A stretch of DNA of 61,518 nt, filler included, from Nemertoderma westbladi (lineage: Eukaryota > Animalia > Xenacoelomorpha), in NCBI GenBank assembly GCA_032718475.1. It is 3 parts of 3 records of this genome, joined end to end, with 100 filler letters (N's around TTAATTAATTAA, not from the genome) between each part and the next. Parts side by side here need not be neighbours in the genome. Positions count along the whole stretch, not along the records: positions 24,057 to 53,105 come from JAUCBJ010007362.1; 2 more parts are not named here. One strand, given 5' to 3'. Shown piece by piece: positions 24,057 to 35,626 of the stretch (the stretch's first letter is position 1; each line of letters starts with the position of its first letter). The position numbers and the translations under genes are program-made. The notes under the pieces were generated by a model, which was given only the letters and a program-made list of their open reading frames with translations, was not told the DNA's origin and ran no database searches.

Positions 24057-24894
24057 ATCTTCACTGATTTTAGTCACATATAAAAGGAACACAGGCTGAC
24101 TCATGTAGGGTCTATCAAATAACATTAGATTCACTTCAAACCACTTTAACATAAGTCACAATCGTTATTAGTAACCTTTCTCTCTTACCTTCGGTATATC
24201 AAGAATATTGGGTTGCGGGGTGATTTATCGTTATTCCAAATATAATAATTCATCAACCATATTATGAAGAACTGACAGCAAATAGCAGTATAAAACAACA
24301 ACTGAACAGTTAGGTACATCGGTACATCAGTACCGGTATATCAGCAGTGAGATATTTACGGAGTGATATTTATCAGTCATCAGTTAAAGGATATATGCCC
24401 TTTATAATTAAACCTACCAGTGTACGACTAAAAAGCAGTACAGCACAAAATATTTCTAAGCCGTTCTTTCTTTGGCTCAAGACTGAATGAAAACACTGCA
24501 CATAGGCATTGCGTCATTTCTAGGAAATTCTCTGTACAAGGAGCCACAAAAACGCTCTCATTGGCTGACTGAGCTGAGAGACGCCGTAGAACAAAGGAAA
24601 TCAACACATATGAATGTCAGCTGTTAACCGTAGTCATAGTAACTACTGTTCAAGAGTAGCTATCACTCCTTTGCGTCACAAATTGCCATAGAATCATAAA
24701 ATATACCTTTCACAATACACATACGGAGGAAATAAGTCTTAGATCCTCTAAAAACACCGATACAGTAATAATACGGTCTCTTACACTTATTAAATCAACT
24801 ACAGAGTATTTTAATGTAAAAGATAATAAAAATAACAGGGCAATTCAGCAAAGGCTTTTACAAAAGGATCAGGTTACAGAGATGAGGTTACAGA

Positions 24895-25078
24895 ATAATG
24901 TTTGTGTCCCTCATTAATGATTGTGCCCCTTATTAATGTGTGCCCGTGATTAATGTTTGTGTCCCTCATTAATGTTTGTACCCCTTATTAATGTGTGTCC
25001 CTGATTAATGTTTGTGTCCCTCATTAATGTTTGTGTCCCACATTAATGTTTGAGTCCTAGCCGCTATGGGCTTCCGTA
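24895..25078. repeat. 19-bp tandem array ending in GCCGCTATGGGCTTCCGTA (element terminus, copy 1)
   Basis: Unit ctcattaatgtttgtgtcc. Same terminus as 26452-26470. Confidence 0.85.
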
Positions 25079-25080
25079 GG

Positions 25081-25149
25081 GGTGAGACCTGGACACTGAC
25101 TAAATCACTTGAACAACGAATCGATGGTTGCTACACAAGACTACTAAGG
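25081..25149 (+). mobile_element. Short RTE fragment
   Basis: Near-identical to 10068-10136. Confidence 0.9.
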
Positions 25150-25721
25150 CACCCTAATAATAGTTAAATAATAGTTAAAAGACACCTTAAAAATTTGTCT
25201 AAGCCTAGGGGCCACACATATGCTTACAAACCCATTTACTCATTTATTTACTTAAAGTATAAAAACCTTTCAAATCACACATATGTTTACAAGTTTACAA
25301 GTTCCATCACAGAAACTTATACCACAAATGCATCAAAACTATTTCTACCTCACCGGATTTATATTGAATAGTTTAAATAGTTTCATTATTACGGCTACCA
25401 GTACGTAGCATTTTCCCTATCCCACACTGTAAACATTATCACCCTCCAACGGCAACAAAGATAAATATAGCTAAATAGGCATCCTTCTGCAACTACATGG
25501 AATTGTAATTGTCTACAGCGCCGCTCTACCAGAGGTCACGTTCCCACGGTAGTAGTTTTTCAGCTAATCAATATCTAATAATGTCTGAAGGCAAGCATCA
25601 CCATCGCCCTTATTAATATTCATTGGGAAGCATTGACCCTTATTAAGGTGTCCCACCAGAGCTGGATTAAGCATATATGTGGCCCCTAGGCATAGACAAA
25701 TTATTAAGGTGACTATTAAGA

Positions 25722-26470
25722 TGTCCCTCATTAATGTTTGTTTCCCTAATTAATGTGTGTGTTCCTCATTAATGTTTGTGTCCCTCATTAATGTTTGTGT
25801 CCCTCATTAATGTGTGTCCCTCATTAATGTTTGTGTCCCTCATTAATGTGTGTCCCTCATTAATGTTTGTGTCCCTCATTAATGTTTATGTCCCTCATTA
25901 ATGTTTGTGTCCCTCATTAATGTTTGTGTCCCTCATTAATGTTTATGTCCCCCATTAATGTTTGTGTCCCTCATTAATGTTTGTGTCCCTCATTAATGTG
26001 TGTCCCTCATTAATGTTTGTGTCCCGCATTAATTTGTGTCCATCATTAATGTTTGTGTCCCTCATTAATGTTTGTGTCCCTCATTAATGTTTGTGTCCCT
26101 CATTAATGTTTGCGTCCCTCATTAATGTTTGTGTCCCTCATTAATGTTTGTGTCCCTCATTAATGTTTGTGTCCCCCATTAATGTTTGTGTCCCTCATTA
26201 ATGTGTATCCCTCATTAATGTTTGTGTCTCTCATTAATGTGTGTCCCTCATTAATGTTTGTGTCCCTAATCAATGTTTGTGTCCCTCATTAATGTTTGTG
26301 TCCCTTATTAATGTGTGTCCCTCATTAATGTTTGTGTCCCTCATTAATGTTTATGTCCCCCATTAATGTTTGTGTCCCTCATTAATGTTTGTGTCCCTCA
26401 TTAATGTGCCCTTCATTAATGTTTGTGTCCCACATTAATGTTTGTGCCCTGGCCGCTATGGGCTTCCGTA
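25722..26470. repeat. 19/17-bp tandem array (~40 units) ending in GCCGCTATGGGCTTCCGTA (copy 2)
   Basis: ctcattaatg(tt)tgtgtcc repeats. Confidence 0.93.
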
Positions 26471-26471
26471 C

Positions 26472-28803
26472 GTGCCTGGAGAGATCTGATTTCCAGATGG
26501 TATCCATTTTTGATAGAGCTACCCAAGCCTTTGCTTTCCTAACTTCTATGTCCCTTTTGCTACTCTCTATCCATGATCCAAGGTACTGGAAGTCGTCAAC
26601 CTTCCTTAGTTATAGATAGATAGATAGATTTATTTATACATTATGTAAAAACAATAACAAATACACCAAACAATGTACCGGTATAAAGGTATTGTCCAAC
26701 ATAACATATAGGATTACGCCTAAAGCTTTGCAGCTTATTTCCAAGGGGGTCCTTTATGTTACTTGGTTACAAATACAATATTACACTACGCTAACCTAAA
26801 ACCAATATAAAACGTAATTACACTATGTACATGTACAACTTTACCGAAAGCGTGACAATGTCCGACGCAACGATAAAGATGTAATGTACAGAACAATTTA
26901 ATATAAAACATAATTACAGTATAAATAGTAAATAATTAATAAACTAATAACTTACTGTAGGACTATTGTACCTATTTTTACATTGCACACGGAGGTGAGA
27001 TTTAACTGCAGATTTAAAAGAATGTTGATTATCTAGGTTTTTAATTTCATTTGGCAGAGCGTTCCAATTTTTAATGCCGTTAAAAAAGAAAGTATCAGAT
27101 TCAAAGGATTTACAATTCGGGAGGTAGAAGTTTGAAGCACTAGCTCTGGTACTGTAAGAGTGTGTATCGCGTACTCTGTTGAATTTTTGTTTTAGGTAAT
27201 TGGGACATTTACCATTATACACTTTATGCACATGGTTAAGGCGTAGCTGCTTAACTCTACTATCTAAGTTAAGTAGTCCATATTCAGAAAAGTCATCTGG
27301 AGTCAGGTGGTTAGTTGATTATTGTCAATGGTTGTCAAGTTTCCATCAACATTAAAGGTCATGAATTCGGTCTTGGTAGCATTTATATGCAATCCAACCT
27401 CGTTAGCAGCCCTCTCCACTTTATTTAGTAGAAGCTGTGCATCTGCTAGGGTATTAGAGAGCCGGGCGATGCCATCCGCAAAGTCGGTGTCTGTGGCTGT
27501 AGTTGCCGGATATCTACTACTTCTGCGTTCTTGAAGTGTGAATCCCAGGTCTTCACCCTTTGTGGCTGTCCTCATTGCGTAATCCAGCACAATTACAAAT
27601 AGTAATGGTGCTAATGTGTCACCTTGCAGTACCCCAGCCAGGATTGAGAAAAACTCATTTTCACCATCTGGTGAGAGTACCTGCGCTTCTGTGTCACAAT
27701 ATAACAATCCAATGCCAGCAACAATTACCTCTGGTATTCCATAAGATCTTAGGATTTCAAGCATTTTGCCTCTATGGATGGAGTCGAATGCCTTCTTGAA
27801 GTCCACAAAAGTCATGACTGCGGGGAGATTCTTTGACTTAATTCCTTCAATCAGTCTCCGTAGTGCAAGTATCTGAGCTATTGTTGATCTACTTGGTCGA
27901 AATCCGTTTTGGCTCTTACGCAGTAGTTTCTCTATGTGAGGCCTAATCCTATATAGAATCATTTGATTGTATATTTTGGCAGCTTCCACAAGCAGACAGA
28001 TCCCACGATAGTTTGTTGGTATACCGAGGTATCCTTTCTTGGGGAGAGGCTTTAGTTGACCTTTAGTCCAAATTGGTGGTGGCTTTTCCCCTTTTAACAT
28101 CCGGTTGCAAACATTCAATAATGGTTTGTTTAGCACTCCTGTTTTCCATACCTCCGCTGGGATTTCATCTAATCCACTCGCTTTATTATTGGACATGCTT
28201 TTAATGCTTCTTTGGAGTTCGGCAGGTGTGAAGTCCCCTGTTTCTATAGGTAGTGTCTTGTCATATATTTTCCTTGTAGGATAATGTTTGGTGGCTACCC
28301 AAGCAAGTTGCTGAAGTGATTTTTCCACTTCCCAACACGTTCTTCAGGACTATCGGCTTTGAGGCGCCCCCTTGCACAACTTTTCCGACCAGATACCTCA
28401 TTTACAGTTTGCCAGGTAAGTCTTGATTGTTGCTGTATGTGAGCAGTTGTAATTATGCTTCAGTTTTATCCTGTATGTACTTTTCCTGGCTGATGTTGTA
28501 GGCCAATTAAAGATCGTCCTTAGCTTTCTCAACCTTGTTAATGTTTTCGGTTATTGGTTGTTCGGTTTTAACTTTGTAAGCTATCTTAAGATCTTCTCTC
28601 TTACAAGTAACCTCAGAGTTTTGCCATGGCACATACTGTTTTCGTTTGGGTTTCTGGGGGATATGCCTCTTAGCAGATTCCTTGTGGGCTGTTATTATAT
28701 TCTGGTATATTGAATCGGTGGACTGGTCTTCATGCATTGACTGAAGTGCTTCAAAGCGGTTTTGAACTTCTACTGTGTAAGCATCCTTTACTGCATTGAC
28801 AGT
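26472..28803 (-). mobile_element. Second, 5'-truncated and frameshifted copy of the same RTE family
   Basis: Reverse complement of ~8385-10017. ORFs 27303-28328 and 28507-28737 are nearly identical in protein to the first copy, with FADD changed to FADG. Confidence 0.95.
26612..27310 (-). mobile_element. 3' fragment of a CR1/L2-group LINE nested in RTE copy 2
   Basis: ORF 26944-27231 (HSYSTR...FFFNGIKNWNALP...SFKSAVK), AATAAA plus (TCTA)n tail, and TSD TTAGTT (26606-26611, 27311-27316). Confidence 0.85.
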
Positions 28804-31354
28804 AATTTAATTTAATTTTAATGATTAAGGAAATTATGCCGGTTGCAGTGGCAGTGCGTTTTCTAACCGAAACAAATATCATCTCGTTGTATGAATTTGG
28901 ACCGGGGGGGGGGGGGGGGGGGGGGGGGACGTCCTTTTATAAATTTTTTAGATCCTGGCTCAACAATTAAAATTTTGCAGTTATAAGGATATTCGATGTC
29001 GCTAATCACGATATTAATTGTTTAAAATAATTTCTGGACTATATAACTGTCATTTTAGATGCTATTCTGGTCCCTCGAGACGAAAAATAGTCAGACAGTA
29101 CACAGCACTGTATACTGTAAGTGCCAAAAATTTAAACTGAAAAACGATGTCTTAGGTTGGATTATTCTGAAGGTATACTGTACGGGTGTTTGAGGTCGCT
29201 GATCGCGATAGAACTTATTAAAAACCTAGTCTAACCAACAAATTTAATGCTGGTATAAATTTGTGTTACTGTAGGCCTACAGTACTTGTACAGTATTTTC
29301 GTGCCACATTGGCACATATTCAATAATTAAATTCATAATTATTCTGAAACGATATTATTGATTGACATATACGAATTCTATTACATCCATTATTAGAAAA
29401 CCCATAATGTCATAAAATCAGACTGATTCGGTAATGGTTTTTTATTACCAAATTTGTGCTACCATGACCTACAGTACAAACAGTACTGTACTAAACATAT
29501 CTTTAGTAGGTCATGGTGCTACTCGTATTTCCAAAAGTTCCATAATCATTGAGGTGCAGTACGATATATTTCAGTGTCATGTTACATTCGCATCCTAGAA
29601 AACCCATAAGGCTATAAATCAGGCTGATTTGCTGGCGATTTTTGGTATCATATTTGCACTACTTATTTTTTTCGTATTAATATTCCCAGAAATCTTGTCG
29701 AATGCTATATTTGAGTTATATAATCGTGATCAGCATCTAAATACCTCTAAATACCGCTGCGCTGTTGTTTGCGTCTATAGGTGTATGTTATATTTAATCT
29801 CACTAAAGATACATGGCTACTATGGTAAACTAATACAATTAATAGCCGCTAGATGGCTTTAACTGCTGTGTCTATAATAGATTTAATAGACTGATAGATA
29901 GATAGATCTAATAGTTTCTTCTCCACTTTCTTTGTTGCACTCGGTCCTTCCACTTTCTTTATGTTTTCATTACTTCAAATGTTGAAGAGACGATGAGTAG
30001 GCAACAGCGTGTTTCTGCAAGGACTTCTAGAATATAGTATATATTCTATGTTAATGTTATGAATAAATTCCGATGAATGAATAAATGAAAAATGAATAAA
30101 TTTCACGAAGGTAGATAAATTTACCAAGCTGCATAGCGGTAGCTAGCTACAGGTATAATAATACTGATTGCCGTTGGGTAGAAGCCGGTGTGGATACGCT
30201 GATGCCCACGCCCACGCACGTGTTTTGTGCAAGTCTGCAGGTCTTTATTATTTGGGTCCTTCGTCTGTTGTAGTCACCCGCTGTGTGATATCGTTCTCTT
30301 GTATATTGTAATTAATTGAGGGTATGTTTTGCTTAATCGTCTTATCATTTTATCTGAGAACAGACAATTAAACCGAAAGTATTTTTATACCGGCCTTACA
30401 GCCTTATGCCATGTATGGGGGCAATAGCGCAGCAGTATTACCGGTATTTTATGTTGGCTGTCGTCAGCTGTAGCGCTGTAGGCTGTAGGCCCTGACTGAA
30501 ATACTTCTGTACTTACAGGTTTGCGTAGGCCTATATTATTTATTATGATTTTTGCTGTACCGGCTGACCGGTATCTGGCTGATTGCTGGGTTGGTGGTGA
30601 ATTCGTATTTCATTCAACCAAAGCAATGTAAAATATGCCGATATTATTATTATACAACACATTCAGACATTCTGACATTAGCCTACTGTCAGACTGTACA
30701 GTTCGGCAGTTATAGCCTAAGCTTAAGCTTAAGCCTACATCTGTACATGCCTTTACTGCAATATATTTATCAGTTTGTAATGCAGTTCTGTTACTTACTG
30801 TACTGTTGTATTCCGGTCCGGCAGACCCCCGAGACCGTTATGGTAGTTTTTTTATCATCAGTTTGTTACAGTGTTACATGTCAGTCTGCCAGTAGCCCAG
30901 TAGGCCTACCTACCAGCCTACTGACCTAGGCCTGTAGGCCAGGCCTGCAGGCAGGCCTACCAACAGACCAGAGCAGCAGAGTAACGGTAGGTACCGGTAT
31001 ATTCAATTTTGAATTTGGTCAGTTGGTAGGCCTAACTGCTAACTAAATATAATAGCCTACTGTAATACAGATATTCAGATAGCAGGATAGGCCCTACGGC
31101 CTCCCTATAGCTGTATAGGCCTACCATAAATTAATATTCAGACAGCCAGATATTACAGTATTAGACCTACAGCAGTACCGGTACGTACTGCAGTATTATA
31201 GCCTACAATATATAATCAGTCTGGCAGTAGCAAGCCTCGTCACTGAATTACCGGCATCCTAATTCGAGTGCTTTGCCCATTGCTGATTGCCAGTTTGCAG
31301 CTTTGTGTGCGTCAGTTCGCACCGCACAGTTACTGCCTTCTACGCCCGGACGCC

Positions 31355-33640
31355 ATGGATCACGCCAGTGATACAATATATATCAATCGCAGCGAATCTC
31401 CTATCGCGAGTTCTGTTGATAGTTATTGCGTTTCCAGCACAACTCCATCCGTGTCAGTAAACTCGAGACCGACCAGTCCTACGGCCGATGGCGGTTCGAC
31501 CAACTGTGACGGAACGGCGCCTTTTCCCGCTCCCAATACCGCGCTAACTTCCACCGTCGATGCGTTGTTAACCGCGCCACCTCCCTTAATTAAACCGCGG
31601 AAAAAGGACGGAAAAAAGAAGAAATCCTCCCGAAAATTATCCGATTCCTGTGAAACACCGTCGCCATCCGCGGTTGACGGACCGAAACGCTCGACCCGCG
31701 TAAAACGACTTAAAGTTTATACCGAAATCGACGAGATTTCTTTCTCGGAAGACGGATATGAATCAGACAGCGACGAGAGCGATGTTAAACCGGTTGTGGA
31801 CGACTCCAACGCAAAGTTCCACCTCCTCAACCCTTTCTCCAAGGGCGCAGTCGTTGTCGATAAGATCCTCGCGTCGAGGATTAACTCTGAGGGTGGCGAG
31901 GAGTTCTTCGTGAAACTCACCCACCTGTCGTACCTACATTGCGAGTGGATGAACATCTCGCAACTCGAGGCCAAGGATAAACGGGCGCCGCAGAAGGTCC
32001 GTCGATACAAAGAGAAGCGGGAGGAAGCCGGTGGGGTGGAGGACAACGAGGAGGAGCCCTTCAATCCTGAGTTCATCCAGGTGGACCGGGTCATCGACCT
32101 CTGGAGCGACCCGAAACGGACCGACGCGGAAGGGAAGGAGGAGGTTTACTACTTCGTTAAATGGCGACTTCTCCCCCACGAGGAGGCGACCTGGGAGGAA
32201 GCCAAGGACGTCGATAGCACCAAGATAAACGAGTTTCTAGCGAACAGAGTCATACAGGAAACCTCGGTTGTTAAACCGCTGGATTGTAAACCGTTGGAAG
32301 AAGACAAAGTCTATAAGAGCGGTAACCGGTTGCGTTGTTACCAGCGGGATGGCGTCAACTGGATGTTATTCTGTTGGTTCCAGAACCGGAACTGCATCCT
32401 CGGGGACGAGATGGGTCTGGGTAAGACGATCCAATCGATCGCCTTTCTCCAGGAGATCGTGGACCGCGGTATCCGCGGTCCCTTCCTCGTCATCGTGCCG
32501 CTCTCCACGCTCGGGAACTGGGCCCGGGAGTTCGAGACTTGGTCTACCGGAATCAACGCGGTCGTCTACCACGGGGGCGCGACGAGTCGGCAGATGATCC
32601 GCGAGTACGAGCTGTACCACCGGGACGAGCAGGGCAACCGGGTCCCCGGCGTCTACAGGTTCACCGTCGTCGTTACCACCTACGAGATGGTCTACACCGA
32701 CTTCGAGGTCCTCCGGAAGATCCCCTGGCAGAGTCTCATCATCGACGAAGCCCATCGACTGAAGAACCGAACCTGTAAACTTTTAGACGGTCTGCGTTCC
32801 ATCGATACGAAACATAAAGTTCTCCTTACGGGAACTCCGCTGCAGAACAACGTAGACGAACTCTTCAGTTTGCTGAACTTCCTCGAACCGACGAAGTTCG
32901 CATTCCGCGACGATTTCCTAAGGAAATTCGGCGTCTTAAAAACCGAAGAACAAGTCGATAGTCTCAAGGGTTTACTGAAACCGATGATGTTGAGGAGGTT
33001 GAAGGAGGACGTTGAGACGAACATCGCCCCTAAAGAAGAGACCATCATAGAGGTTGAGTTGACTAACATACAGAAGAAATACTACAGAGCGATTCTAGAA
33101 CGCAACTTTGAGTTCCTCAGTAAGGGTTTAACCTGGAGTAACACGCCGAATCTAATGAACACGATGATGGAGTTGAGGAAGTGTTGCAACCATCCATTCC
33201 TTATAAAGGGAGCGGAGGAGAAGATACTGGCGGACGTGGTGAACCCGGAGGAGTCCACCTTCCTCCACACCCTCATCCAATCCTCCGGGAAGCTCGTTCT
33301 CATCGACAAACTCCTCCCCAAACTCAAGGCCAACGGCCATCGGGTCCTCATATTCTCCCAGATGATTAAATGCCTCGACATCATCGAGGATTACCTCGTC
33401 CAGCGCGGGTATCTGTTTGAACGGATCGACGGGAGGATCCGCGGCAACGACAGACAGGCCGCCATCGGTCGGTTCACCACAAACCCCGACAGGTTCGTCT
33501 TCCTTCTCTGTACCAGAGCCGGCGGTCTCGGTATAAACCTCACCGCGGCCGACACCGTTATCATCTACGACTCCGATTGGAACCCTCAGAACGATCTGCA
33601 AGCTCAGGCCCGATGTCATCGGATTGGGCAGGATAAACAG
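31355..33640 (+). CDS. CHD7: CHD7/kismet-family (CHD6-9) remodeller, coding exon 1: two chromodomains and SNF2 ATPase
   Basis: Kozak gccATGg at 31355. Motifs [71 protein letters not shown] and [21 protein letters not shown]. Donor CAG|GTGGGT at 33640/33641, phase 0. Confidence 0.92.
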
Positions 33641-33754
33641 GTGGGTTATATATATTTTGACTCTATGACACTGCAGGCGCCATTTTGTATATGTAACAAC
33701 TCGGGCTACTTAATGGAGGTTTATAGGTTCAGCTACTGACAACTCCCTCGGATA

Positions 33755-34022
33755 TCAGCCAACCAATTTATTTAATTGATGTCACCTGGCAACAATACTC
33801 GAGCTGAATATTTATTTGTACGTCCCTCCTGTTTCACTCTAACAATAAGGCCGGTAGGTCCGTTGTTAGAGATAGGATATGCAACTAAAGACCGACCGTT
33901 CAATAGAAGTGGATTAGGTGGGATAGTGAATGTCAGGGGCTAGTGGCTGAACTGGTTAGCGTTACTGATGAGGCCTGATAGGCTGAAACGTACGTATAGC
34001 GCGGGTTCAACCCCCGGTGACG
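33755..34022 (+). mobile_element. Retrozyme/SINE-like copy with an intact hammerhead core
   Basis: Homologous to 4529-4795 and begins with the ccaatttatttaatt monomer junction. A box 33944-33955, B box 34004-34013. Confidence 0.82.
33959..34002 (+). ncRNA. Minimal type I hammerhead ribozyme (predicted cleavage after GUA, 33996)
   Basis: Stem I gcgtta/tagcgc, core CTGATGA 33965-33971, stem II ggcct-gat-aggct, GAAA 33985-33988, palindromic stem III ACGTACGT, triplet GTA. Confidence 0.87.
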
Positions 34023-35626
34023 TGATTCCATGGTATTGGTATTGTTTATTAGTGTCATATGAGTTTATATAGTTAAATTACGAGACACATGACATACATT
34101 AAATTGCCTAAGTACAAATGTTATAAATAAAAACAATACTTTATAAAATATGTTAGTTGAAATAAGAACTGTATAAAGTTCTATTTAATATTTTAACCCC
34201 ACATAATGTATGTTCAAAGTTTTAGTGCAAAATTTTAAAATAAAGGTCTAGTGCAAATATACGTTAAAATAAATGGAGTTGATTAAAAAGTAACATCATG
34301 TACTGACCTGACACATGTACAATTGAAACATTATAATATGTACAAGGGTCTAGTGCGAAAAATATGTCAAAACGGGTTGTATATAATGATAACTGCTTGT
34401 ATAACAGGATAAGTAAAAATGTGAGAACAATATTCGTACGAAAGGGCGTGTGTTAAAATAAATTGCCTTTTCTGTCACAAGTAGAATTTGAAAACAATAT
34501 GATCAAAGGCGGGTGTTAAATAAGAAATGCATGGTAAAATTGTAACAATATACACCATGACCTGGAATATAGTGTCCTTATTCTGGTACATGCCTCACCC
34601 CCCCCCCCCCAAAAAAAAAAAATTTCTACAAATCTTAATGAGATTGCATGAAATTTGAAACAGATATAGTTTCACCTCCCTCCTCCTTGCTGGGTGAGCC
34701 ATAATTTTTATTTTCGCTTTCGTTCTTTAGCTACAAACGTTTAAAAAAGTGTCTCCGTCGATATTGCACCAGTTACACAGCAGTTATTCTTCAAACATTT
34801 AGTGATTTGTTGGTACTAGACAGCTGACCATGCAAGCGATTCCAAATATGTGAAAAATATTTGAATTTGGTTGGGAAACTGCTGAGATATGGGCATTCGA
34901 ATTTTGCATGTATTTGCTTCTGCTGCAGGCCATTTAGGCCTATTCTATTTAATAAAAACACAATGTTCTAGAACATTTTGTTTATCTCATAAGTAGCTTG
35001 GCAACAATGCAATACGTAAATGATAATACTAGTACACCATGTCGCGTAATATAGTGTCATTTTCTGATGACACGGACCCCCCCCCCCCAGATTTTTCTAC
35101 AAATCTTTATCATATTGCTTGAACTTTGAAACATAACAAGTTCCACTCACCGTCGATGACCCCATGAAGCCGGAATTTTCGATTTTGCCTTTACATTTTT
35201 TTTTTATAGGCTTTTTAAAAAAGTGTCTTTTGCCAAATCGCACCCTCCGTGTCGTGGCCATTCTTCACATTAGTTGTAATGTTTTCATATCATTAGAAAG
35301 CTTGCCTTGCAAGGATTCATAATATGTAACAATAATATATGAATTTCGTTGAGAAACAACTGAGATATAGGCGTTCAAAGATTGCAAGAAGTATCGTTCG
35401 CTGAAGGCCATTTATTCTATTCAATAAATACACAATATTCTAGAACGTGTTATTTATTTTATGAGTTGGTAGGCAACAGCAGAATGCCTATCCAATAGTA
35501 CTATTGTGTAGCTATTCATACTTAAACAAAATGTTCCAGAACATCGTGTATTTATTAAATAGAATAAATGGCCTTCAGTGAACAATAATTCTTGCAATCT
35601 TTGAACGCCTATATCTCAGCTGTTTC

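Noticed and set aside
31717-33619. Antisense and alternative-frame ORFs over the CHD exons and the CRE ORF
   Set aside because: These are expected shadows of GC-rich coding sequence and show no recognisable motifs.
31268-33739. The 823-aa and 818-aa ORFs as two separate genes
   Set aside because: Canonical phase-0 splice sites join them through a conserved motif. The ORF-finder starts are non-ATG and the tail after 33640 is intron read-through.
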